From a virus (Duplodnaviria > Caudoviricetes), in IMG/VR virus record IMGVR_UViG_3300020413_000065, positions 1-26,403 of that record: a stretch of 26,403 bases of DNA; one strand, 5' to 3'. The notes under the pieces were generated by a model that was not told the origin of the DNA, did no database searches, and saw only the letters and a list, made by a program, of their open reading frames with translations. This document shows, piece after piece, positions 7,240-16,334 of the stretch. Both the position numbers and the translations under genes were made by a program. The first letter of the stretch is position 1; every line of letters starts with the position of its first letter.

Positions 7240-9443
7240 GTATCAACCCAGAAGAAACTGAACTTACGAGTAAAAGTAACGACTTTGCTAAGGCGATGGG
7301 TTCGTTCGTCCAGACAGATTTTCAGTATTTTGATTATTTAAGAAACAGACAAAGATATTACATTGGAACAAAACATGTATCAACTACATCAAATGTAACT
7401 CCTGCAAAAAAACTTGTAGAGAAACCAAAAGGGACAGATGACGGTGGTGGTTTACCTCTCAGAAGGTGGAGGAGAAAAAGGAGAAAAAGGAGAAGACAAC
7501 CAGAATATGCAACAGTACCAGCATGGGCAACGCAATTGGCATTTGCAAATGCGAATGCAAAAGATTATCTCGAAAACAATGCAGTAAATGATCGACCTGG
7601 TTGGGATGAATTATTAGGCAGAGCTTTAGGGGGATCAACAAGTCCCATACCAGAACTGAGTACTCAGCAATATAAAGACAGGTCAACAATTGAATTTTCA
7701 GATGATGTTTTGCCAGATGTGTCGGGTCCATCAATAATAGATGACTTAATAAAAAACCAAAACCAGAAGGATGTTTATAAAGGTGTAGAATCTGATAATA
7801 AAAAATATGGAAATACATACCCAGATGGGTTTAGTGGGTATTCTGAGAGACCAGAAGTAGACACCGACAAAAATTCTTCCTCAGGTTGGGAAATGGATCC
7901 TAATATTGATCTGAATTTGTTATTAAAAACATTTCAATTTGGTAAAAGTGTATTTGATTTAGGTAAATTTCTTTTTAGCGACCCACTTCAAGGATATGCA
8001 ACAGGTGGATACGTTAGATCAGCAACACCAGCACTTATAGGAGAAGCAGGTCCTGAGCTGGTAATTCCAGTTGCTAAGTTTGGTGAAGCAATAGAAGCAA
8101 TGTATAGAGAAGGTGCATCTGTAATGATTGCATCCACAATCGGATTCCTTAATAAATTACCTAACTCATCAGCAAGAGCTGGTGTTATGGCAGAAGCTAA
8201 TTCGTTAGCATCTATTTTTGGTATAAGTGAAGTTGCAAGTATAGAGGGTAACTTTGGTCTAACAAAATCTTTGGTACCATTTGAGGGGACTGGTGGTGCT
8301 ACAACAGTCATCAATGCTAGTTTAGGAACACCAGAAAAACAAAACACTAGAGGTGGCGGTGGTTTACTTGGTGCTTTAAACATGGGTAGGAAATTATTAA
8401 AGAAGACAAAGATAGGTAAAAAGGTTGGTAAGGTAGCAAGAAGAAGTAAGACTGTAGCTAAAGGTTTACTTAAGAAAGCAGGAAGAAAAATAGGTGTAAA
8501 GAGTGTCGCTAAGATAGGTGGAAAAGCACTAGGTAAAGGATTACTGAAGAAGATACCATTTGTAGGTCTTGGTGCAGGACTGCTATTCGCAGGACAACGA
8601 ATGATGGCGGGTGACTTCAAAGGTGCAGGGTTAGAAATGTTATCAGGTGTTGCTGGTACAGTACCTGGCATTGGTACAGCAGTATCTATTGGGTTAGATG
8701 CAGCACTTGCTGCTAAAGATGTGGGTATGATAGGTGACGGTAAACCAGAAGCTTCAACACCAAATCCATATGTTGCTGGTAATGGTGCACCTATTATATT
8801 AAACCCATCTACTATGAAAGCATGGGAACGTGCAGTAAACGCAGCAGCAAAAGATGGTGTTAACTTGCCTATGAGTGTAACATCCTCATTTAGGAGTGCC
8901 AAGCAACAACAAGAACTAATAGACAGGGCAGCACAAGGAGATCCAAACGTTATGACTCCTGCACCAGTTGGGTTGTCTCCACATGGTCAGGGATGGGCAG
9001 TTGATATCAACTACTATTCAAAAGCAAATGAATGGATGAGAGAAAATGGTTCAAAATATGGATTCAAATGGCAAGGAGAGAAAGATCCAGTTCACTTTGA
9101 TTTCTGGAACAATGAACCAAACGACAAGTGGTTACAACCTGGTAATAGAGATTGGATACCAAATAATATAGCAGCACCTGAGAAGAAAAACTCTAGTCAG
9201 ATTACTAATCCAAGTATACATCAACCAAACGTTTCATCTGCAAAAAATATTTTGGCACAAGAACCAGTTAAACAGTCAGAGAAAAACTTGGGTATGGGTA
9301 ATACTATTGCTCAAATGCCAGTTCCCGTACCAATTCCAACACCTATGCCATATCCCGTGCCAACTGAGGTAAATAAGGATAGTAAAGATTATGTGGTCAT
9401 TGACGTTTTTGGTAAAGGTTCAAAAAGAGAGGTAGTTAGTTAA
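7236..9443 (+). CDS. Tape-measure/hub-like virion protein with an M15 (VanY-like) Zn peptidase domain
   Basis: ATGGYV...ALIGEAGPELVIP tape-measure motif; Lys/Gly-rich then hydrophobic Gly/Ala helices; SSFRS..QQ, SPHGQGWAVD (SxHxxGxAxD), YGFKW and DPVHFDF; lies right after g26/g51. Confidence 0.75.
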   Translation: MSINPEETELTSKSNDFAKAMGSFVQTDFQYFDYLRNRQRYYIGTKHVSTTSNVTPAKKLVEKPKGTDDGGGLPLRRWRRKRRKRRRQPEYATVPAWATQLAFANANAKDYLENNAVNDRPGWDELLGRALGGSTSPIPELSTQQYKDRSTIEFSDDVLPDVSGPSIIDDLIKNQNQKDVYKGVESDNKKYGNTYPDGFSGYSERPEVDTDKNSSSGWEMDPNIDLNLLLKTFQFGKSVFDLGKFLFSDPLQGYATGGYVRSATPALIGEAGPELVIPVAKFGEAIEAMYREGASVMIASTIGFLNKLPNSSARAGVMAEANSLASIFGISEVASIEGNFGLTKSLVPFEGTGGATTVINASLGTPEKQNTRGGGGLLGALNMGRKLLKKTKIGKKVGKVARRSKTVAKGLLKKAGRKIGVKSVAKIGGKALGKGLLKKIPFVGLGAGLLFAGQRMMAGDFKGAGLEMLSGVAGTVPGIGTAVSIGLDAALAAKDVGMIGDGKPEASTPNPYVAGNGAPIILNPSTMKAWERAVNAAAKDGVNLPMSVTSSFRSAKQQQELIDRAAQGDPNVMTPAPVGLSPHGQGWAVDINYYSKANEWMRENGSKYGFKWQGEKDPVHFDFWNNEPNDKWLQPGNRDWIPNNIAAPEKKNSSQITNPSIHQPNVSSAKNILAQEPVKQSEKNLGMGNTIAQMPVPVPIPTPMPYPVPTEVNKDSKDYVVIDVFGKGSKREVVS

Positions 9444-10786
9444 TGGAACATCTTACCAATGTAATTACAGGTCTTAGTAAGTTTCTAGAAGATAGAACTA
9501 TTATGATGCAAGCGATGTACAAAGAAGATGTGCATCGAGACTTCTTAATGAAAGAAAAACTCCAGTCATTAGATGAGACTGGTGGTGTTCAAGTACAACC
9601 AGTCAAATCACCTAGTATAGATTTGAGTCCAGTTAATAATCTAGTTCCTAATGTATCAGTCAATAAACCACGTAAACAACCACTTGTAAAAGCAGCAACT
9701 GGTTTACTCGGTGGTGCAGATGTATCCAATGCATTAACTATCAATGCTCAATCCATGGGTTCAGAACCTATGAAACCACCATCTAAAACTTCACTTGCTA
9801 AGGTTGGACTAGAAAGTGGTATCAAGAAAAATATATCTAAAGACATTGAAGATGATTTTACAGTAGATGATAAGTTAAAGAAAGCATTCGGTGAAACTCT
9901 AGCACTACCAGCAAAGGCAGCTGCAGTTGCACTTATCGACTTGATGAGTAAGATACCAGCAGCAAGTCAATCATCTGCACAAGCAATAAAAGATAATATT
10001 CAAAATATCTCAGCAGCATTTAGATTAGACCCCATCAACTATGAGATGGGAGCTGATGCTGATAAAACAGATGATATAAAGGATGGGGAAGATGGGAAAG
10101 ATGGTAAAGGTGGTTTCTTAGAGAATATTATCTCTCTGATTGGTGGTGCTGCTGGTGGAGCAATGGGTGGTGGAGTACAACAAGGTGGTGCACTCGCTAC
10201 AACCCCACCACAAATGCAGGGTGATCCCCCAAATTTACAAACCAACTATTCACCTAAGATGCCATATACAGGCACTGCTGATGGTATAGGACTTGGAGAC
10301 GGATCAGGAAGAGCTATGCAACCAGTGAAGGCACGTAAACCAACATTGAAGTCTTCTCTTATGATGTCACCTATGGGTATGTCAATCATGGGTGGTCAGA
10401 AAATACTTGAAGGTGCTAAGTCGTTCAGTAAATCTACAGCATTCAATAATATTACTAATATGAGTAAGCAAGCACTATCTCTAACACCCATGGGTATGAT
10501 GGCGAACTTGGGAATGAAAGCATTTGGTAGTGTAACTAATACATATAATTCTAATGGTGATAGAATTACAAACATATCAGAACTGACTGATAAAGTGATA
10601 GATGAGAACAGAGAAAGTGCCAAGGCAAAGACAGATATTGCATCTGCATCACTTATATCTGCAGCAAATAGTCAGATGTCTATCCCGCCTTTAAAACAAC
10701 CAGCTATACAAGGTGGTAACAAAGCAGTTCCTAAGACTGTTGAGTCCCCATATCTTTCAGTATATAATAAGACCTCTCAATTCTAA
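9443..10786 (+). CDS. Hypothetical virion protein, second tape-measure-like low-complexity protein
   Basis: 447-aa ORF coupled by TAATG at both ends; Ala/Gly/Met/Ser-rich; DGEDGKDGKGG and twice-repeated PMGM. Confidence 0.55.
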   Translation: MEHLTNVITGLSKFLEDRTIMMQAMYKEDVHRDFLMKEKLQSLDETGGVQVQPVKSPSIDLSPVNNLVPNVSVNKPRKQPLVKAATGLLGGADVSNALTINAQSMGSEPMKPPSKTSLAKVGLESGIKKNISKDIEDDFTVDDKLKKAFGETLALPAKAAAVALIDLMSKIPAASQSSAQAIKDNIQNISAAFRLDPINYEMGADADKTDDIKDGEDGKDGKGGFLENIISLIGGAAGGAMGGGVQQGGALATTPPQMQGDPPNLQTNYSPKMPYTGTADGIGLGDGSGRAMQPVKARKPTLKSSLMMSPMGMSIMGGQKILEGAKSFSKSTAFNNITNMSKQALSLTPMGMMANLGMKAFGSVTNTYNSNGDRITNISELTDKVIDENRESAKAKTDIASASLISAANSQMSIPPLKQPAIQGGNKAVPKTVESPYLSVYNKTSQF

Positions 10787-12024
10787 TGCTACAAAGTAAC
10801 TTCCAATTAATAACTTTTAATATTACCGTAGATGGTGAGGTATATTCTATTGGTGTAAATCAAACTCTATATGTCAAGTATATTGAAGACATCCAAGCCG
10901 CAACCAAAAGAATGGAGATTCAAATAACAGATACCGAGAGTGGTATATGCTCTAAACTCAGAGGTATGGAACAAGTTTTTCTTGAAATTGCTGACCATGA
11001 GGATAATCTTATTGGTGGATATTATGTAATATATGATATACAAGACAGAGTTCAAGATGGTGGTTCATCAAAAGCAACTCTGATGTTATGTACTCCTGAT
11101 TTTATTAACAACGCTGCTATAAAATTGTCAAAAAGATTTGGTGAGGGTGAAGGTATAACCATAGACAAGATAATACGTGAAGAGATATTGGAGAATATTT
11201 TAGGAACAGGTGTTGTTATAGCAGAGGAGAACTTTGAAAAAACGTTCAACAAATATTCATTTGTATCACCATTCTGGTGTCCATTTACTATAATATCATG
11301 GCTTGCTGCCAAATCTATCCCAGTTAAAGGTAGTGGTGCATCTGCAAGTGCTGGTTATGCATTCTTTGAAAATAAATTTGGGTATAATTTTAAGTCTTAT
11401 GACAAATTTTCTAGTGATCCAGTTGTAAAGACTATCACTGTTGGTAATGAAGTTAAAGAATTAGAAGAAACTGATGAAAAGGATGTTATATCTGTTGATA
11501 AAATAAGAATCAAATCAACAAGTGATGTATTGAAGGGATTGAATATTGGATCTTACTCTAGCAACGTTATGACAGTGGATCTTTACGATATGAACTACGA
11601 AAATATTAAATTTAACATCAATAAATATTATGATGGTGTCGAACTCTTAAACAAGGGTAAGAAACCAGAATATTTTAAAAATTTTGATAAGGATACTTCA
11701 TCCACTCGTATTATGTCAAAGATAATAGATACTGCACTCTTTACCGAAGGAACTCACACCGACGGACTTACAAAACAATTATCGCAAGCATCTCTTAGAG
11801 AAAAATTATTTTACAACAAATTTGTTGAGGTAGATTATATTGGTAAATTTGATTTAACTGTTGGTGATGTTATTCAATTGAATACTTTCAAAGGTAGAGA
11901 TAGAGATTTTGATGAAGATAATAGTGGTAAATATGTTGTTGCTAAGATAGAGAGAACTTTCTATAGTGGTGATGACAGGATGGGTACATCACTCACATTA
12001 GTTACAGATAGTCCAGGTTCATAA
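10786..12024 (+). CDS. Baseplate hub protein (gp27/late-control-D-like)
   Basis: Directly upstream of gp5; FFENKFGYNFKSYD and C-terminal G..DLTVGDVIQL...SGKYVVAKIERTF...TSLTLVTDS, typical of hub proteins. Confidence 0.7.
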   Translation: MLQSNFQLITFNITVDGEVYSIGVNQTLYVKYIEDIQAATKRMEIQITDTESGICSKLRGMEQVFLEIADHEDNLIGGYYVIYDIQDRVQDGGSSKATLMLCTPDFINNAAIKLSKRFGEGEGITIDKIIREEILENILGTGVVIAEENFEKTFNKYSFVSPFWCPFTIISWLAAKSIPVKGSGASASAGYAFFENKFGYNFKSYDKFSSDPVVKTITVGNEVKELEETDEKDVISVDKIRIKSTSDVLKGLNIGSYSSNVMTVDLYDMNYENIKFNINKYYDGVELLNKGKKPEYFKNFDKDTSSTRIMSKIIDTALFTEGTHTDGLTKQLSQASLREKLFYNKFVEVDYIGKFDLTVGDVIQLNTFKGRDRDFDEDNSGKYVVAKIERTFYSGDDRMGTSLTLVTDSPGS

Positions 12025-12025
12025 C

Positions 12026-14473
12026 ATGTTTGAAGCAACTGCTAATTTTATAGGAAAAGATGGGTTCAATTGGTGGATTGGACAGGTGGAGAATATTGGT
12101 GACGGTTCCTATGATGTAGAAACTAAAGAAATAGATGAGACAGATTTTGATTATAATAATAAAGTAAAAGTTAGAATCGTAGGATATCACAATGAAAGTA
12201 GAGTAGAGTTACCAACAAAGCACTTGCCATGGGCACAGGTGTTGATGCCCCCAATATATGCACAGAAATCTGGTATTGGATCTAATCATCAACTACAACT
12301 TAACAGTTGGGTTGTTGGATTCTTTATGGATGGTGCTGCAGCACAGATTCCTATTGTTATGGGATCTATAACTGATGAGAATCCAGACGTAAACTATGGT
12401 ACAGAAAAAGGTAAGAAAGAAGGTTTTGCAAAACTAGCTGCTGGTGATTATGCTGAAAGACATCATATTAATACAGGTAGTACACCTCCAAACTCAGGTA
12501 ATAACGTAAAGAAAGATTCCACAACTGGTTTTGATTCAAGTGCAATGGTGATGGTGGAAGAATCAAATGATAACACCATCAAAACCTCTAATAAAAGAGA
12601 AGCAGCAATCAAGAATGAGTCAGCAGCAGGATTTGCAGCAGATGCAGCTAAGAGAGTAACAGTCCAAGTTGGTAACGGTAAATGTGGATCAGAGACTGCT
12701 ACAAAACTTGAAGGTCCTATGGCAGAGTTTATGAAGTTTGCTCGTGGTATAGAGAAGAATGAGATAGATGAGTTTATTGATAAAAAAACAGGTGATATTG
12801 TTGATCTTGAGAAAGAGATTACGAGTGTATCAGACAGGATAGGTACAAAAATTAGAGGACTCACACAAAATATTAAAGGTGTGGTTATGGAGGAGGTTGA
12901 TAAACTTGTAACAGATGGTTTAGATAAACTTAGCATACCAGATCCAAAGAAAGATGAGGCAGTTAGAAAACAACTTAAGGATGTTGGTGATTTAGTATCT
13001 TGTTTGTTTAAACAAATACTTGATGAAATTGGTGACTTTATCAAGGGATTGTTGAAAGATCTAATAGAGAACGTATTAGACACAGCACTATGTCTTATTC
13101 AAAATATCTTAGGTGATATTATGAAGAAGTTGATGGACAAGATAAAAGATGCCTTGGGTATATTGAAAGGTGTTATGGGAGCTATCAAGGGTGCTGCTGA
13201 TAAGATACAAGGTATCCTTAACAAAGTTTTAGAGTTCATTGATTTATTTTGTGATGGTGCACTATCATGTGCGATTGGTGCATCTGTATTTGAGACTGGA
13301 GTTGGTGGTAAGAAGAAAGGTAGAGATGATGGAGTGATTCCAAAAGGACCTTTGGAAAGGTTTGAGGGTGTTAACTTCTACACTTCAGACGGTGAAATTG
13401 CAACTGCTGCACTGAATTGTGATAGTGGTATATTGAATAGAAAACCATGTTTCCCAGAATTAGTATGGGATAATTTGCAGTCAACTACTCCAATCAAAGC
13501 AATAGCAATTGTAGATGATATAGGTCAAATGCTTGGTGTATTGATGAGAAAGAAAGGTAAGAGTGTAAACAGAGAGGCACAAGTCAAGGCACAATTTACG
13601 TGTAATGAACCAGAGGGTAGTGGTGCTAAATTTAGACCAAATATTGTTAATGGTGTAGTGGACTCAATAGAAGTTATAAAACCTGGTATAGGATATGGAT
13701 TTGATCCTGCTACTACATTTTGCCCTAACGAACAGTATGGAGTTAAAGTAAAGAAAACAGGATTAACAGCACATGTAAAGGATGGTGAGTATATAGAGCA
13801 AGTCACTACATCATCACCTGACGTTTTACAGGTTGTTGATGTTGATTATGATGATGATCATATACTATTAGCAACTATAGATACATCATTTAATTCTAAA
13901 CTAGTTTCTGGATTACAACTTAGAACTAAGTCTGGACACGAGTTCATACTTAACTTTACCCAGAAGTTTCCAACTCTTGTAATACCACCAAACGCTACAG
14001 CAATATATGCTAAGTGCGGTGATCTAATACCAAGAGTAAATGAGGTTAAGGTAGTCAATGTTGGTAAAGGATATAAGAATCCTATTATCACTGTAGGTAC
14101 AGGTAAAGATAAACAACAGATTGGTACATATACTGTTGACAGTCAAGGTAGACTTATAAGACCTACAATTACAAAAACTGTACTCGGATTTGTTAAACCT
14201 GTTATCGAGGACAGTGAAGGAACAGGTGCAAAACTCTCTGTAGTGTATGAATACTCAGGTCCTAGAGAGATCAAAGAGAGTAATATTTTACAACTTCAGA
14301 CCTACATAGATTGCGTAGGACATCCCATGATAACTACACAAGAAACTATTACAGACACTACAACAACAACTACTACTACCACTACCACCGTAAATACAAA
14401 CACAAATACAACACAACAAACTACACAGCAAAATAATAATACGCAGCAAAATCAAGGAGGTTATGGATACTAA
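12026..14473 (+). CDS. g5: gp5 N-terminal part (OB-fold baseplate hub subunit), no recognisable lysozyme domain
   Basis: FIGKDGFNWWIGQVE, KVKVRIVGYH, LPWAQV, WVVGFFMDG..AQIPIVMGSI; helical middle; repeats of the type VDSIEVIKPGIGY / VKVVNVGKGY. Confidence 0.88.
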   Translation: MFEATANFIGKDGFNWWIGQVENIGDGSYDVETKEIDETDFDYNNKVKVRIVGYHNESRVELPTKHLPWAQVLMPPIYAQKSGIGSNHQLQLNSWVVGFFMDGAAAQIPIVMGSITDENPDVNYGTEKGKKEGFAKLAAGDYAERHHINTGSTPPNSGNNVKKDSTTGFDSSAMVMVEESNDNTIKTSNKREAAIKNESAAGFAADAAKRVTVQVGNGKCGSETATKLEGPMAEFMKFARGIEKNEIDEFIDKKTGDIVDLEKEITSVSDRIGTKIRGLTQNIKGVVMEEVDKLVTDGLDKLSIPDPKKDEAVRKQLKDVGDLVSCLFKQILDEIGDFIKGLLKDLIENVLDTALCLIQNILGDIMKKLMDKIKDALGILKGVMGAIKGAADKIQGILNKVLEFIDLFCDGALSCAIGASVFETGVGGKKKGRDDGVIPKGPLERFEGVNFYTSDGEIATAALNCDSGILNRKPCFPELVWDNLQSTTPIKAIAIVDDIGQMLGVLMRKKGKSVNREAQVKAQFTCNEPEGSGAKFRPNIVNGVVDSIEVIKPGIGYGFDPATTFCPNEQYGVKVKKTGLTAHVKDGEYIEQVTTSSPDVLQVVDVDYDDDHILLATIDTSFNSKLVSGLQLRTKSGHEFILNFTQKFPTLVIPPNATAIYAKCGDLIPRVNEVKVVNVGKGYKNPIITVGTGKDKQQIGTYTVDSQGRLIRPTITKTVLGFVKPVIEDSEGTGAKLSVVYEYSGPREIKESNILQLQTYIDCVGHPMITTQETITDTTTTTTTTTTTVNTNTNTTQQTTQQNNNTQQNQGGYGY
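14330..14470 (+). repeat. Low-complexity Thr/Asn/Gln tract (ACA/ACT-rich) at the end of gp5-N
   Basis: ITTQETITDTTTTTTTTTTTVNTNTNTTQQTTQQNNNTQQNQGGYGY. Confidence 0.85.
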
Positions 14474-15402
14474 TGACAGACTCAGCAACATTTGGAAGAG
14501 GTAGAGGTGATGGTACTAGGAGAGATGTAAATAGAGATCCAGAACCATTTCAAGGTGGTACTGATACTAGCAATGACACTCCACCGACTAGAGTAAAGTA
14601 TCCTAAGAACTGGGTACAGACAACATCTGCAGGACATCGTATTGAAATGAACAACACTGAGGATGCTGAGAGGATCAGAATTCTCAATGGAAATGGTAAT
14701 TTTATTGACTTGGATGAAAAGAATGACAATTATCTAAAGTCTAAAAATGATACATATATTCTATCAGACCATAATCTTGTTATAAAAGTCGGTAAAGACA
14801 TTAAAACAGATAGAGTGGTTCTACAAGTTATTGGTGATGTCAACCTCTATGTTGAAGGTGATATGCACACGGAAGTTGAGGGTGACAGATTTGATAGAGT
14901 GAATGGTAACTACCAGATGCAAGTCGGTGGTGTATGTACTATTCAATCAGATGAAAACTTGGCAATACAAGCTGCCAACGAAATGAGGTTAAAATCCAAT
15001 GCCTACACAAACAAGACAACGTTCTTGGAAAATGATTTGAGTGCGGGCGGTTCTATTAAAGAGAACGTAAAGGGTAATTATGAAATTAGAATCCAAAAAC
15101 CAACTGCTGTGTTTTCAGTACACAGTGAAGGTAACTTGGCATTCAAGACTTTAGGTACTCGATATGAGGTTACCAGTGGTAATGAATACCATACGGTTTT
15201 TGGTACAGTTAGGGACACTGTATACGGTAATAGCAAGACACCTTTAGTAGGTGGAAACTTTGTCGGTGCAGTTGATTCTCCCCAATCCCATAGTTATTTA
15301 ATTACAGTTACTGGTGGTATGCAAACAACAGCTACTGGTGCTATTAATATCAATGCAGACGCCAATGTAAATATCACTGGTGCTGAGATATATTTGAATT
15401 GA
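14473..15402 (+). CDS. gp5 C-terminal part (triple beta-helix spike)
   Basis: YPKNWVQTTSAGHRIEMNNT..AERIRI, VxG octapeptide repeats (VIGDVNLYVEGDMHTEVEGDRFDRVNGNYQMQVGG), C-terminal IYLN. Confidence 0.85.
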   Translation: MTDSATFGRGRGDGTRRDVNRDPEPFQGGTDTSNDTPPTRVKYPKNWVQTTSAGHRIEMNNTEDAERIRILNGNGNFIDLDEKNDNYLKSKNDTYILSDHNLVIKVGKDIKTDRVVLQVIGDVNLYVEGDMHTEVEGDRFDRVNGNYQMQVGGVCTIQSDENLAIQAANEMRLKSNAYTNKTTFLENDLSAGGSIKENVKGNYEIRIQKPTAVFSVHSEGNLAFKTLGTRYEVTSGNEYHTVFGTVRDTVYGNSKTPLVGGNFVGAVDSPQSHSYLITVTGGMQTTATGAININADANVNITGAEIYLN

Positions 15403-15423
15403 TTGTAGATTTCAAAGAGTAAC

Positions 15424-15660
15424 ATGACTTTTCACCACATGTCAGTAACAAAACAAGAAGCACAATTCTTAAAGAGCATTCTTGTGAAGCATTTAGAAGA
15501 TTACGTAGAAGAATTAGTAAGAGAAGATAACACCACCGATCCGATGCAGACTATGCAGCAGAATAGAGAAGCAGGGCAAACACTTTTGTCAAAGGCAGAA
15601 GCAGCAATCAGACGTGCTAGTAGAGCAGCATCTGACCCCCACTTTACAAATCTGAAGTAG
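15424..15660 (+). CDS. Hypothetical helical protein (78 aa)
   Basis: ORF fills the gap after gp5-C, in operon orientation. Confidence 0.65.
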   Translation: MTFHHMSVTKQEAQFLKSILVKHLEDYVEELVREDNTTDPMQTMQQNREAGQTLLSKAEAAIRRASRAASDPHFTNLK

Positions 15661-15671
15661 TGTGCTACACT
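15643..15671 (+). promoter_or_regulatory. Sigma70-like promoter with extended -10
   Basis: TTTACA (15643-15648), 17-nt spacer ending in TGC, TACACT (15666-15671); 22 nt upstream of ATG 15694. Confidence 0.6.
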
Positions 15672-15693
15672 GAGAGCATTCGACTGATTTTAC

Positions 15694-15867
15694 ATGACTG
15701 ATGAGTACCTCGAAAGAGTTAGCATTGACATCACAAAGAGACAATTTAACCTGATAAGTAGTAAGGGAATCTCCAGAACCATTGATTGTGAGGATGGAGA
15801 TGAATTCATTCGTGTTCTTGATGTAGTCAGGAATACCTGTCAAACTGAACAAGTAGTTTACCTCTAA
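15694..15867 (+). CDS. Small cyanophage-type hypothetical protein (57 aa; absent from the ORF track)
   Basis: Translated by hand: MTDEYLERVSIDITKRQFNLISSKGISRTIDCEDGDEFIRVLDVVRNTCQTEQVVYL; TAATG overlap with the ACP gene. Confidence 0.78.
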   Translation: MTDEYLERVSIDITKRQFNLISSKGISRTIDCEDGDEFIRVLDVVRNTCQTEQVVYL

Positions 15868-16334
15868 TGTCATACAACAAAACTTATTCTGAAATTAAAA
15901 CTCTGCTCAAAACATCTGAGCGTGTTGGTAAGACAACTATGCTAAAGATAGCACGTCTTGCTATTAAGGAAACTCTAGGAGATAGAGTGGAAATAGAAGA
16001 TATCAAATGGGACAGTAAATTTATTGACCTAGAAGCTGATAGTCTGGACATGGTAGAACTTGTCATGTTTCTGGAAGAGTGTTTTGGTATCGAGATTGCT
16101 GATGAATCAGCAGGAGATATTGTCACAGTTGGTGATGCTATCGAAGTAATTAAAAAAGCGAAAGCAAACAAGGGTAAGAAGAAAAAGATAAATGTGTCTA
16201 AGTACAAGAAGGCAGCAAACCCTGACGCTGCTATGACTGCAGCGACAAAGGCACGTGCTCAGGCAGATGCTGCTGCAAAGAAAACGGAAGAACTTGAAAT
16301 AGAAATAGAGGAAGCACTAAAAGAAGAAGAGTGA
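15867..16334 (+). CDS. acpP: Acyl carrier protein with N- and C-terminal extensions
   Basis: DSKFIDLEADSLDMVELVMFLEECFGIEI...IVTVGDAI; the DSLD serine is the phosphopantetheine site. Confidence 0.88.
   Translation: MSYNKTYSEIKTLLKTSERVGKTTMLKIARLAIKETLGDRVEIEDIKWDSKFIDLEADSLDMVELVMFLEECFGIEIADESAGDIVTVGDAIEVIKKAKANKGKKKKINVSKYKKAANPDAAMTAATKARAQADAAAKKTEELEIEIEEALKEEE

Noticed and set aside
7988-8902. 304-aa antisense ORF (also 12463-13083 and similar)
   Set aside because: Shadow frames of low-complexity sense genes; consistent with codon bias leaving few antisense stops; no motifs.
15589-15873. 94-aa minus-strand ORF in the track
   Set aside because: The plus-strand ORF 15694-15867 has an upstream promoter and TAATG coupling, so it is the better call.
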